This document shows positions 24,481-37,549 of a DNA stretch of 64,000 nt, piece by piece. The notes beneath the pieces are model-generated. The model worked only from the letters and a program-made list of their open reading frames with translations. It did no database searches and had not been told where the DNA came from. Origin of the DNA: Takakia lepidozioides (taxonomy: Eukaryota > Plantae > Bryophyta). The stretch is taken from the NCBI GenBank assembly GCA_030704615.1, contig CM060733.1, positions 49,476,001 to 49,540,000 on the forward strand, read 5' to 3'. The position numbers and the translations under genes were made by a program. Each line of letters opens with the position of its first letter. Within the stretch, counting starts at the first letter, position 1.

Positions 24481-26724
24481 AACACGGGTACTCATAATCT
24501 GAAAATGGCTCTAGCTTATGTTGCTTGAGTGCGAATATGAGTGTGGTTGGCTTGGCAGCTTTACATCTGGTCCATCCCACTCGATATGATGAGCAGGTTC
24601 AGCTTGACTTCTCTCACACAAAAGACGCTGCCAAGATGGGGTTTGCTGCCCTAGATGACTTCCCGTCGTTGTTCTGGGCTGCAACATACAATTAATCTGG
24701 CCCATGGCGAGGGGCCTTGCCTTCCACCAATCATCTGTAAGTCCTGTGAAACTTTTTTTGTGGCAGTTTGTAAGCAGTGGGCAGCGATGGTGGGCTGTTG
24801 TAGGATTTGATGAATTCAATGCCGTATACTGACAACAACCCCTCATCTCTTATGCAAGCATTCAACAAGCCAAGTTGACTGCAGAGCATATTCAGCCCCC
24901 CACGTTTCTAGTTGCCTAATGTTCTTCATCTCCTGGGCAGAGCATTTTCCAGGTCTCCATCTGTGATGACACACTATCTTCTTATGTGGTTCAGCTTCTG
25001 GTCTTGCTCTTGTTTGCACCACACCCAATGAAGGGCAGTTCCCACCTGTTGATTCTCTCTATATGGTTGTCTTGGGTCTTGGCAGGGTTTCCCACAACCG
25101 CCTTTCCTTTTCAGATTGCCAGTCATCAGCCTCGTTCTCCAATGCTTCACTTTCTTCCCAAGTGAAGTGCTCTCCTCTTTTATGCTTCAACGTCCCTGCA
25201 GGTGTCTTTTCCTTCATCTCCCGTGGTGCTTTCGAATGAATGAGCACTGATTTACATCTGTTGGCAACACTTACGGTGTCCCTTTCCTTGCATGCCACTG
25301 CAGGCCCGCATTGACTTTCTTGGCAGGGAAGTCTCCTCCTTCTCCCTCATTTTCTGGCTCTGTTGGAGCCCCACTCACCATGCTATCAGGGCTGCACTTA
25401 TTTTGTGGTGTTGCGCCAGCCAAGGGCGATCTTTCACTGGTCCGATTGTTGGCAACAGCTGATTGGAGTCTTCTTGGCAGAGTCTCCTACGAGCTCCCAT
25501 CAATTTCAGGCATCAGGTTTTCTACCCTGCCCTTCCACTTTTCATAAGCGAGGTGCCTGTCTTCCTCCCTTTCACTCTTCAGCGTCTCAGTCAGATTTTT
25601 CTTCATGCGATTGCTGCTCCCATACTTCCAGTCCTTGTTTAATTTTCTCCAGCCATCACCCTCAGATTTGACAAGGTATTGCTGCCATTCCTTGTGTCTT
25701 TCCTCACTCCCAGCTGCTGGTTTTATCCCAGATTCACCTCTCATCCTTGCCTGGGGTTTTGCTTGCCAAACAGCACTTGTGTGGGGAACTTCAACGAAAG
25801 GCAACATCTCATTTTCAGCTCCTGTCTTTGTACCTCTTTGCAGCAATCCAGCCTCGGGTGCCTCACTTTCTGATTGCTAGGTTGCATTCTTCGCCGCCAA
25901 CCTTTGACAAGAAAGTGTGCTCCATCTTCCTCATCTCCTACTGGTTCCCTTGATGCTTCACCTCGTACGTCTTCCTCCTCATGTTTTAACAGCAGCTCCC
26001 ATGCTTGAATTGCTACTTTTCCTCGTAGTTGATCTTGTGCTTTCTTTTTCTCCGTAGCCTAATCAACAGTTTTGTCTTGGCAGCTCCCTTGCCATGAGTG
26101 CCTTGTCTCATTGCATCTCCCTTGGCTGCCCACCATCCGTGGAGTCTTTCTTGCACTATTCTGACCCTCGTTGGCATGCACTTTGCTGCGATGCCCCACA
26201 TGTATTTGTTGCTCCCTTTAATCATCAACATAGTGCTCCAGAGCCAGTTCCTCATTTTTGACCAGTTGACCTTATCAGCCCTTGGACCCCATTTTCCCTT
26301 CTCTCATGTTGCCTCGTCTTTCTGCTTCATCGTTTGCTTTACTTGCATGATGTTGCTTCTTCCCTACAGCTCATCATGTGTTGTGGCTCTTTCCCATGTT
26401 GCACTCACTCCCATCATACGTTGTGCAGTTGATAGACTGAGATGAGTTGATGCAGGATAGGGGGAGGGGCTTGGTGTATGTTGTCCGATAGGCCCCATGC
26501 ACAGAGTCAAAGCTGGAGTCAGCCTTGCAAGGACCCAAGTGAGAGAAGTCCGGTGGGGGTAGCATCTTGGGGGATGGCAGTTAGGGCAATGTGTGTCTAG
26601 GGCAATATATGTCATAGCAGCGGGTGATGTGCTACCAATTTTGAGGATAGAGACAGCCTGTAAGCTGTAGATTTGTATAAGTGGTTTATACTGACACATA
26701 TTGCTCCCAGTTTGCCACAACCAG

Positions 26725-26870
26725 TTGTTTGCGTTTGTAGTGCATGTGCGAGCCTGCTGGGGAAGGGCAAAGAGGTCCATGGTTGCATCGTCAAAGCTGG
26801 AATTGTGATAGATGTCATTCTGAACAATACCCTTGTGGACAGGGAGTGTTCAACAATATGGCTGAGCGAA
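26725..26870 (+). pseudogene. PPR fragment duplicating about 23791-23939
   Basis: Near-identical VCVCSACASLL.KGKEVHGCIVKAG, including the same deletion in the S motif. Confidence 0.8.
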
Positions 26871-26885
26871 GGATAGAGTGTAATG

Positions 26886-27967
26886 ACTGCTAATGAAGGC
26901 ACCTTCTTCAATTTCACCTTGTTTTCCCCTCTTATCAGAATCGCCCCTAATTATTCATGTCTGAATTCTGCAAGTTAGCTGGTTGAGTGAAGCTTTGATA
27001 GTTTGGAGTGACTTTGACATGATTCTGCCAATGTGACAACATGAAAGTATCAGAAACAGGTAACACAGACGAGGAGAAGTTGTGGAATGAATATTTTTCT
27101 GACCCCAGTCAATGGTGGGACAATCGAGGCAAGAAGGTGAATGTTTGTTGGATTATAGAGAGTAGCAGATGCAATTGAGCGTAGGAACTAGTGTGATAAG
27201 TTGAGTTGGGTGCTTCCTAGAACAAGTCTAGGCTGTCATCGTCAACTGCTAGCAACAAGGCAAGGTTGTATGCATGATTCGTGTGAGGCATGGGTAGTTG
27301 AAGGAGCAAGGATAGAGTGTGGGTGCAGATTCACCCAAGAGGGCCAGACTTCAAGCTCCAGATTAACTATGAAGCTACAAGAAACCTGCATGGGTAGATG
27401 GTCAACTGGCAGCAACGGCACAATTGATAAAATCAGACATTGTTAATGAAGGCATCTTCTTCAGCACATTTCACCCTGTTTTTCCCTCTTATTAGAATCG
27501 GTCCAAAATTTCCATGTTGAATTATGCAAGTTAACTGGTTGAGTGAATCTAGTTTGGAGTGACTTTGACATGATACTCCTATGTGACAACAGAAAGTATC
27601 AAAAACAAGTAACAGACATGAGGAGAAGCTGTGGAATGAATACTTTTCTGCCCCCAGTCAATGATGGGAACCGAGGCAAAAAGGTGAATGCCTGCTACAT
27701 TTCAGAGAGTAGCAGACGCAATTGAGCATAGGAACTAGTGTGATAAGCTGAGTTGGGTGTTTCCTAGAACAAATGTAGGTTGTCATTGTCAGCTACTAGC
27801 AGCAAGGCAAGGATGAATGCATGATTGTGCAGGGGCATGGATAGCTGAAGGAGCAGGGATAGAGTGTGGTCCAGATTCATCCTAGAGGGCCAAATTTCAA
27901 GCACAAGATTTACCTATGATTCCCTGTGGATCAATAACTACAAGAAACCTCCATGGGTAGATGGTCT
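26886..27967 (+). pseudogene. Tandem duplication (period about 555 bp) of PDF-motif exon pairs
   Basis: Unit 1: EEKLWNEYFSDPSQWWDNRGKK|GTGAAT...GTGCAG|IHPRGPDFK...YKKPAWVDGQLAATAQLIKS. Unit 2: similar, with IHPRGPNFKHK...SLWINNYKKPPWVDG. Both have indels or stops. Confidence 0.85.
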
Positions 27968-28971
27968 ATTCCGTGGAACTCACTGAAGTCTTGCATTATG
28001 AGGATCAGAACTGCTTGACTTGCACGAGGCCTTGACCCTTAGGCAATCCCCAGAGCAGCAGTAGCTTTTGGGCTGCGTTTTTACTTTGTGTTTTTCATTT
28101 TGTCCCATAAGCTCTTTGAGCTTTCCGCAGATGTAATAAAAGTACCATTTTGTTTCATTTCATTCATTTTCATTTCATTTTGTTTCATGGCATGTCTTTC
28201 ATCGTTTGTGCATTTCTAATGCATTATTATTTCTCTTGTATGGCATTACTAGTCGACTCACTACAAACACCAAAACTCCAAAGCATGAATCACTATGAAT
28301 GATTGTTCAAGTAATTTCAAGCACTTCATGTAAAGTAGTAAAGCAGTGGTTGCGCCAACTTCCGCAGTTGCAATTGCCACTGGGCATGTAGCACTGCAAG
28401 TTATATGGTCCACTACCACGTGGCGCCCCGGGCCCGTGGCCACGTGGTAGCAGTGGTGCTCGTCGTGGCGCCGCAACGTCGGCATCCACATCGTCGTCCA
28501 CGTCCGCGTCCATGTGTCACCGCGCTTCAGTGAGTCGGTCCACTCATCCGGAGGGAAAAGTCAAAGTCAGCCCAAAAGGTCAGACACACGGGCGGCCCGC
28601 CTGGTTACGCCACGTGGTTCTTCAGCATTAATCGCATTAATCGCTGAGCAGTTGTTCGCGCGTCTGCGTTCTTTACCACTCCAATCATTGGATGTCCAAC
28701 CCAACTACCACGTCTGTTGTAACTAGTCTGTTGTAACTTCCAGTCGATCCCAGTTTTTTGACTTTTACGACTCAAAATGAGTCGTTATCCCAGTGGTAAA
28801 TGACACGAATGCTTCTAGTGAGGTTGCACTAGAGATTTGACAACCCCCGGTCCTCAAACAGCCAGATGCTTCAAGATGTCAAGGACGAGAGGAATGCAAG
28901 GTGATGGAGTGGAGCAATTGTCACGAGTTAATTCTTGTGTGAAAGGAAGCTATGCTTCTCGCTAGCTTTTA

Positions 28972-29340
28972 CCCCCCTCCCTCTGTTAAACTACACATTC
29001 CAAGACTCTCTCTGAACTTCTCTAATTTGATCCGTGCCAACGGCTTTGTGAAAATATCAACGACTTGTTCGCCGCAAGTTCGCACATGAATTAGATCAAT
29101 CTCCTTGCTTTCAACCTTCTGGCGTGGTGGTGCACTTCGATATGATGTGTCCTTGCATGGAATATAGGAATTCTCGCAATTTTGGCGCTACTTTGGTTGT
29201 CGCACAGGAGAGCGGTCGGTCCTTCTCCCAAGATTCCGATTTCCTCCAAGAGTCTCCTCAGCCAAGTTGCCTCCTTGGCATTCAGTTTTACAGCTTGACC
29301 ACGTCCATATCTCCATTCGCTGTTATGGCGTGAGGATCAG
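28972..29340 (-). mobile_element. Ty1/copia RNase H remnant with polypurine tract
   Basis: AKEATWLRRLLEEIG...LLCDNQSS...FHARTHHIEVHHH...VDIFTKPL, followed by AGAGGGAGGGGGG (28984-28972). Confidence 0.85.
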
Positions 29341-30040
29341 TTGATGTAAGTAGAAGGGTTTATTGCCGAAAAAAGACACTGATTCTCCCATACCCAACCA
29401 TCATCAACACTTCCATACCCTCCTAGTAGCGTGTCTCACTACTACTACATATTGAGATTTCTTTTAATTGTTGGATGGTCGAGCGTCAAACTTTATTAAT
29501 AAAGTATAGAAAGTTTGAAAAGTGGGTAACGCAAGAGTTGCAGAAATGAGAACCGAGAGTCAACCTACTGCAGGTTGCTATACAGGAAGCCACCGGTCAC
29601 TAAAAAAATGGTGAGTGTCACTAAATCAAGTGGAATAAATGGGACCGATAGTAACACTTGCCTCTATGAACTTCTCTGCACCTTCTGCCGCCTTGTCTTT
29701 CCCTCTTGCAGCCACTTTGATCCTACCTGCCATACCTGGCCTGACCCCCAACATAACAAACAACTACTCACGTTGGCTCTGGCTCTCAAACCACTAGTGA
29801 GACACGCTACTAGTGCCTGTGCCAGCATGTTGAAGACACAAGTTACAAGCAACTAGTCAGTTGCTTCTCACCGGACCGACATATTATTAGAAGAATCTAG
29901 AAACTGGAACTATGTAGAAAGTAAACTAGAATTAGAACTATCTAAAAAGTCAGCTAGAACTAGAACTATCTAAAAAGCCCACGCTAGAAGTCAATCCTTA
30001 ATTTTTGGACCTTTGCCTTAATACATTGGCCCCATCTTTT

Positions 30041-30711
30041 AACTCCTGGACCACTCTAGAATTAACCGGGCCGAATGAAACTGCTCTACATCAGAGATAA
30101 CATGCTACACGCGGGTTTGAGAGTTTTGTTTGTTGAACTTGTACGAAATGTGAGTCCTGTTGAGAAGCTTGACAATCCCAGTGCCCCCAGATGCAACTTC
30201 ACCAACCCCAAGCACTCCACCTGCACCAAGCCCCTCACCAAGCCTGCTCCCCTCTACTCCTCTGACCATGTTCATGTACTTCTGCAGCAACCACAACCAC
30301 AACCACAACCACAACCAACTTAGCATACCCTGAAGATGGGAAAAAACTACTTACACGGGTACTGAAACCAGTAGTTGTAGTGTTTGTGGTAGCACCAAAT
30401 TGGAAGCCACTAGTGAGTTGCTTGAAACCCAACCGACATAATAGTAGAACTATCTAGAAAGTCAACTAGTGAAATACTAAAAATAGCTAGTGACTACCTA
30501 CATGGCCCACGCCCTAGATTCATGGGGCCCACCGACTATACCATACATTCATGGGCCATGCACTCCCCCCCCCCCTTTTTTTTTTTGGCTTTGTTTGACG
30601 CCTCACAAGTTAAATTATCCCTACCCATACCCCTCTCCCTCCCACCTCATTCGTCAAACCCTGTAATTCCTGGACCACTCTAGAATCAGGGCCCGAATGA
30701 AACTGCTCTAT
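30041..30711. repeat. About 50-bp direct repeats (30041-30090, 30665-30711) flanking a (CAACCA)n microsatellite at about 30288-30318
   Basis: TCCTGGACCACTCTAGAAT...CCGAATGAAACTGCTCTA occurs twice. Confidence 0.7.
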
Positions 30712-31059
30712 ATATATATATTAGTGTATTTCCTATCATTTTTCGATGCCATGTCTAAAGGCTTGGCTCAATATGGTTTAGCCATACTCCTTTTAGCCAG
30801 GGTACAGGAGAGTCATAGGAGAGCCTCTCGTGCAGGGGGTGGCCTCAAGACGTGGCAGGTAGGGAGGGTCTGACGTGGCAAGGCGTGGGCCTAAGCGGCG
30901 GAGCTGAAGGCTTGGGGAAGGCGGGCCCCACGCGCCTGCGTGGCGCGGAGGACGTGGCAGCCCGGGCATCCCCGGCACTATCCCTGAGAGTGCGATCTGG
31001 GCATAGTGCCGAGGAAGGCCGAGTACCCAGATCCTCATCAGTCCCGAGGAATAATCGGA

Positions 31060-34000
31060 ATGAAGGTGCAAAGCTGCCTGTCCTCCACAATTTGCCGGCC
31101 GGAGTGGACTCCACGCTCAGACTTTGTGGGGCCAACGCCAGGGAGCACAGCTGTGGTAGCACTGAGTCCTGATAAGTATCTACTGGTGGCCAACGCCGGA
31201 GACTCACGCTGTATCGTGCCACCATGGCAAGGTATAGTACGTAGCTTCTTCTGCGTGTGTGTGCTAGGAGCAGGGAGAAGAGAAGAGAGAAGAGTGGCAG
31301 GATAGATTGATAGAAAGGTTGACGGCACAGAACTGGACAAGTTATGCTTCTGTGGTCACTGATCCAGCGTTTTGTAGCTTTGCTGAAATCAACAGTCTTG
31401 TCTATACAAAGAAAGGATTCTGATGGCTGGTGGATTCATCCATGGTCAGCCCTTAAATGGTAGCCTGAATCTTACTAGAGCCATAGGTGGGTTGTGATAC
31501 AGTGACTTCCTAGGGGAAGAAACTGTGTGTGGGTTTGTTGTATGTTTCAAGTTTTCTTCGAAGTATGTTTGTGCCATTGTGTGTAACTCCAATTTTACGT
31601 CTGTCCATATGCAGGGAGATACTGCTGTCAGACCTTGACCATGACCACTGCTTTTGAAAGAAGACCCAGAAAAGGAGTCAATAAGAACTCTGCTGGCACT
31701 TGTGGGAATGTGATGACATTATGTAAGGTGGGAAATCTGAAAGAGGCACTTCAAATTTTGAACCAGCAAGGCATTTCAGCAGATGCCAATACTTACATCT
31801 GTCTCTTGCAGGAGTGTATCAAAATTAAAGACCTAGAAACAGGAAAGCAGGTGCATGCCCATATAAACCAAAGTGGATTCAAGCCAGGCATCTTTCTTCT
31901 GAACACGCTTATCAACATGCATGCCAAGTGTGGGAGCGTGGTGGATGCACGTCAAGTGTTTGACCTAATGCCTGAACGAGATGTGTTTACTTGGACTATG
32001 ATGATATCAGGATACGCCCAGCATGGGCATGGTAAGGAAGCTTTTGAGATCTATGAACAAATGATACAAGAAGGGGTGACACGCAACAGGGTTACATTCA
32101 TCTGCATTCTCAAGGCTTGTGCCAGCCTCGGAGCCTTGGAAAAGGGCAAAGAGATCCATGCTGAGATCATCAAAGCTGGAATTGGGCCATATATTAATCT
32201 GGATAATGCCCTTGTTAACATGTATGCCAAATGTGGGAGTATGAAGGATGCACATCAAGTGTTCCACAAGATGACTGAAAGAGACATGTTCTCATGGAAT
32301 GCTATGATTGCAGGATATGCTCAACATGGGTGTGGTAGGGAGGCTTTGGAGATTTATGAGCAAATGATGTGCGAAGGAGTGAGCCCCGACAAAGTCACAT
32401 TTATCTGTGTTCTCAATGCATGTGCTAGCCTGGTAGCCCTGGAAAAGGCCAAAGGGGTCCATGCTGACATCGTCAAAGCTGGATTTGGGCCTGACATTAT
32501 TCTGGAGACTGCTCTTGTTAGCATGTATGCAAAATTTGGCCAGATGAAGGATGCACGCCAGGTATTTGATAATATGGTCAAACGAGATGTGGTCTCATGG
32601 AATGCGATGATTACAGGATATGCTCAGCATGGATATGGTGGGGAGGCTTTTGAGATTTATGAGCAAATGATTCTGGAAGGCGTGAAGGCCACGAGGGTCA
32701 CATTCATCTCCCTCCTCAATTCATGTGCCAGTCTAGGCAGCCTGGAAAAGGGCAAAGAGGTTCATGCTGAGATTATCAAAGCTGGAATTGTGGCAGATAT
32801 CATTCTGGAGACTGCCCTTGTCGATATGTATGCCAAATGCGGAAGCATGAAGGATGCCCATCAAGTGTTTGACAATATGGCCGAACAAGATGTGGTCTCA
32901 TGGAGTACAATGATAGCAGGATACGCTCAGGATGGCTCTGGGTGGGAGGCTATCGAGATGTACAAGCAAATGATACAGGAAAGGGTGACACCGAATAAGG
33001 TCACATTCATTAGTGTTCTCAATGTGTGTGCTGGCCTGGCAGCCCTAGAAAAGGGCAAAGAGATTCATGCTAACATGAGCAAAATTGGAATTGTGCCAGA
33101 TATTATTTTGCAGAATACCCTTGTAGACATGTTTGCGAAATGTGGGAGCATGAAGGATGCGCGTCAAGTGTTTGAGAATATGTCTAAGAGAGATGTGATC
33201 TCATGGACTGCAATGATCGCAGGATATGGCCAGCATGGGTATGGTAAGGAGGCCATTCAACTGTTGGAACAAATGCAACAGGAAGGGTTGAAGCCAAACA
33301 CCATCACATTTATATCTCTTCTCTCTGCCTGTAGCCGTATGGGCCTAGTGGATGAAGGCCGTCACTTCTTTAATTCCATAAGTGAAGATTATGGCCTGAC
33401 TCCTACTGTGGAGCATTTTGGCTGCGTGGTGGACCTTCTTGGCCGTGCAGGGCGATTGAATGAGGCAGAGGACTTTATTGACAATATGCCAATTGAACCA
33501 GATGCTGGCGTGTGGGGGGCCTTTCTTGGTGCCTGCAGAACTCATGGCGATCTGGAGCGAGCAGAACGTGCAGCAAAATGCCTTCTCAATACAGATCCAC
33601 AGCACACACCCACTTATATGCTGCTATCAAACATCTATGCTGTGGCAGGAAGGTGGAAAGAGCAAGCAGAAGTGAGAAAAATGATGGTAGAGAGAGGTGT
33701 CGGAAAGGAGCGAGCACGCAGCTGCATTGAGGTGGACAACCACGTGCATACATTTGTTGTAGAAGACAAATTGCATCCACAAATTGATGAGATTCATGCT
33801 GAGCTGAACAGATTGTCTAGCCAAATGAAGGAGGCTGGGTATGTTCCTGCCACGCGCTTTGCATTACATGATGTGGAGGAGGAGCAAAAGGAGTTTTCTC
33901 TTGGCCACCACAGTGAGAGACTAGCCATTGCTTTTGGGCTGATCAGCACACCCCCTGGGACACCTATTTGTGTCATCAAGAACCATCGGATGTGTGGTGA

Positions 34001-34118
34001 TTGTCACTCTGCCACCAAGTTCATCTCAAAGATTGTTGAGCGTTTAATTGTTCTACGGGATGCCAACCGCTTTCACCACTTCCAAGATGGGGTTTGTTCT
34101 TGTGGGGATTACTGGTGA
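31060..34118 (+). CDS. PLS-class PPR-E1-E2-DYW protein; predicted exons 31060-31231 (PP2C-derived) and 31615-34118 (891 aa)
   Basis: Uninterrupted PLS array, HSERLA, CGDCH and terminal CSCGDYW. The upstream exon ends CAAG|GTATAG (phase 1) and joins ATGCAG|GG AGA TAC in frame. The PPR-DYW call is firm; the first exon is predicted. Confidence 0.88.
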
Positions 34119-34829
34119 CAGAAAAACATGCATGAAAGAAAGTGCATCGCCTCAAACATGAGGTCACGAAAGGTCACGATATTGCCATTTAAGCACAGAG
34201 TTGAATCCTTGTGACATTTGCAAGCAACATTCAGGACTGGAATTTCTTTGAGCTGCCAAGGTTGGGATCACACTTAACATGTGGCCATTAAACAGCAGCA
34301 GGGAAGCCCCATAAAATCATACTGCAGACTCTATATCACCCAGACTTTCCCCTGCACCTCCCACAACCAGCACTGGCACAACAGGAACACCATCCTTTGT
34401 TTCTGGGTATTGGCTTCACAGTTTTCTGTGATTCTTGAGTGTTAGCTGTTTCTAGGGGCAAGTAGCAAGATAAAGCATGCATGCCAAGTATGAGGAACCA
34501 AGTGCAGAGAAATTAGGATTTCTCCTTCGAATTCTCCTTGACAACACACTATACCTGGGACATATACCTCATTCACCCGCACACGGTACATCAATTGAAC
34601 ACCAAAATGACGCCCCCAGAGCCCAAGCCCCCATGTTTTCCTAATACATTCTCACCCGAAGGCAATAGCCCTTGGGGACTAAGTGACACCATAAGTTAGG
34701 CTTGCTTCGACAAGGCCTTCACAATATCTCCATGGCTCTAACACTGATCCCAAAAACAAGTGTACACATGTGTCCATGGACCCAAATGTATGCACCGAAA
34801 AAGCAGACAATAGCAGTACTGGACAATAC

Positions 34830-35060
34830 GAATGGACAGTAATAATTACCCATTTGCTAGGGCAGTTTGAGGCACTAAGGAGAAGTGCCCCTATAATTGC
34901 ATAGGCATGCAAGGGACGAACCCACTTGACGGACATAATTGTTGGTGACAAGGCTGCATGCTAGCAATGTATTCAAACATGGATGCAAGCTGAGGTGGGG
35001 GAGTAGTTGGGAGAGGCCTGATGGAGAAGATCAATTTCTCTCATTCCGTGATTTTGATCA
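34830..35060. repeat. Dispersed repeat; near-identical inverted copy at 60961-61189. The adjacent 34650-34820 segment has related copies at about 36055-36120 and 44090-44210
   Basis: Direct comparison, e.g. AATAATTACCCATTTGCTAGGGCAGTTTGAGGCACTA against its reverse complement at about 61140-61177. Confidence 0.85.
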
Positions 35061-37349
35061 AACCCTGAGTACGGTAGTTACAGTGTTTTCAATTTTTAAG
35101 TAGCTTGGCTTCCCTGAGTAAGGTAGTTGGGTGGGTGGGTGGCATTGACCATGTGGTGGATCAATCACATCAGCAACAAACTTTGGGGTGGTATAACACG
35201 GCTTAGGCCTAGAGAGAGGGAGAGGACCCCGGCCAAACAAAACACGTCTAGGTCTGTGGAAGTGAAGCTGAGCTCCTGCTGCCGACCTAATGTCTGTTCA
35301 TGACTTACGCCCACTTTACACACTAGGAGTCGAGGCCAACAAATCTTGGGCCAAGGGAGCCCATTTTTTAGTACTAATGGCCCTTTGGGTGGCCTCAAGT
35401 AAGCACTGAAATATTTTCTAGGGGCCAAGGGGCAGTGTAAAGGCCTCGGGGCCGAGTGGTAGAGGTTGAGGCTTCATAATCACATATAAACCTTGTGAAC
35501 CCCTCACGCTACCTCTTTGTGTCATCCACTGTTTGAACTCCTCTCACCTCTTGACCTAGTTTATCTGCACTCACCATGGATGCTCATAGGCACAAGGCTT
35601 TGGTGGCACTTCTGTTCTTCATGGCAGTCCGTCATGTGATGCCGTTATCTAATGGTCAAGACATATATCTGTGGCCCTGGACTTGAGGTAGTCGGACCTA
35701 CTTTCTGCATGTAAACCCACCTCCCAATCAGGGGGAATCTTCTCATCACTAAATACGGAATACATCTCACATGACACATTTCTGGCTTGGACAACTTCCA
35801 AGCTATGTGGAGGTAGAAAACCATAGCAACCCACATGCATCTTCAAGCTTCTCAAGTCCAAAGTGCTTTCATATACATCCAACTACTTTCGCTTGCCCAC
35901 GCCTTAAAGATGAATATAACTCTAGGGATTAAATGGCATCCCATAAAATATAGCACACTACCTAGTTGGGGCATAATACCATTACACTAGTGGTTGTGGT
36001 TCAAAACCACTTAAGTGTGTTGGATGTCATAAAATTGTCCACGTTCCCATTGGAAGGCAATAGCCTTCCATGATCAAGTGACACCATAAGTTATGCTTGC
36101 TTTAGCAAGTGTTCACAGTTTATTTCATTTTAGAGATTAACAACATGGTCCCTTCAATAATTATTGATAAAACTCTCTGGCAAGGGCTTCCTCCCCTTTC
36201 AACTTGTTTTTTTTTTTCTTAAAAACATGGTAAAATCCTAAAGCTTGTTGGAGAGTAGGAGCATTCAGGGAATGTGTGGAATTAATGTGCGGCTCAATAC
36301 AAACAACCACAAGGCTAACTGACCTCAATCAAAGAAGTGTCAAATGGACACACATGCAAATTGTAGGCCATCGGAAGGTTTGGTGAGGCTTCATATTCAT
36401 CTGCAGTATCTCTTGAGTCTTGACATGTTATGAAAGGGGAGAGAGGTAGACGAGGGAATCCAAAGAGGAATGTCTAACCTCTAGGGCAAGATTCAACATC
36501 CCTGAATGTGATCAAGACAAGTTCCAAAGACCACTAATTACATGTAAACTCAATAGAAAAATAAGTACCAGATGTAGAAATCTTCGGGATTATGGCACTA
36601 TCATCTTTTTGGCAACTTTGTTAACAATTTATGCTTGTTCTCTAGAGGTTCTCTCATTCCAATGTTTTAATGACACATTGTAAAATCATTTGAAAATAAG
36701 TTGTCATTGCGGTCCTTTTCCATATTCTTTTCATATATATATGAGGGATGATCAGAGCGTGTGTCTTCACACCAAAGATAATAATCAAATAAAACCATGT
36801 ACGAGTGCATTGTCCACGGAACTAGTGCCTCCGAGATCTAGGTAAGAGATAATAATGAAACAAAATAATGAAAGATAAACTAGGCCTCTGGGAGATCCGG
36901 TTAAAGATAATAATGAAACAAGGGAAGAATTGATTCAATTGTGATGGCATTTTCCATTTGTAAGGTAATGAAGTGAGGCAAAATCCATAGGCTATGGTTG
37001 GTAGCTTAAAATAAGATAAATAATTACCAATGTAACAAAAATGCCACGGACGACGAAATAGAAGGAGATGGTCCATAATGGAGCCTGCACATGGAGTGTT
37101 ATTCCCTGTCAAGGTCAGTAGAGTTTCCAGTAAAACTATAGCTGAATCGCTTGCTGTCGTTGGCAAATGGGCAGGCCATAACAGCTCTGATTTCAGGGTT
37201 GCACTACACACGCACAGAGACACGCACAAGAGTGGGACACCGATAGAGTATCACTTGGATTTCTCAAGAAGCTTTAAAATTTAAGTCTCAACATTTATAT
37301 GGCAACATGGTCTTCATAGAGCAATAAGGGTGCAACACCTATCTGTAGT

Positions 37350-37549
37350 TTTTCATTTACCTTTTTCCTATTTACCTCCAATATATTTATTTACCTGCGG
37401 GTAAAGGGTATCTCAGATTATTTACCCGTCTGAAGGGTAAGGGTAAGGGTAAGGGTAAATGAAATGGGCCAATCCGGATAAATCATTTACCCTTACCCTG
37501 ATTTATACGCCGGATAAATCCAGGTAAATGATTTACCCGCACAACATTG
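37350..37549. mobile_element. Probable right end of a hAT-like non-autonomous element
   Basis: Dense TTTACCC/GGGTAA subterminal repeats in both orientations, ending in GCACAACATTG. No matching left end found. Confidence 0.45.

Noticed and set aside
30852-31305. Functional PP2C phosphatase gene
   Set aside because: Only one short motif block is present; the other metal-binding motifs (DGH, DG.WD, DN) are absent.
37434-37459. Interstitial telomere (TAAGGG)n
   Set aside because: Only about four units, not the plant TTTAGGG, and embedded in bidirectional subterminal TE repeats.
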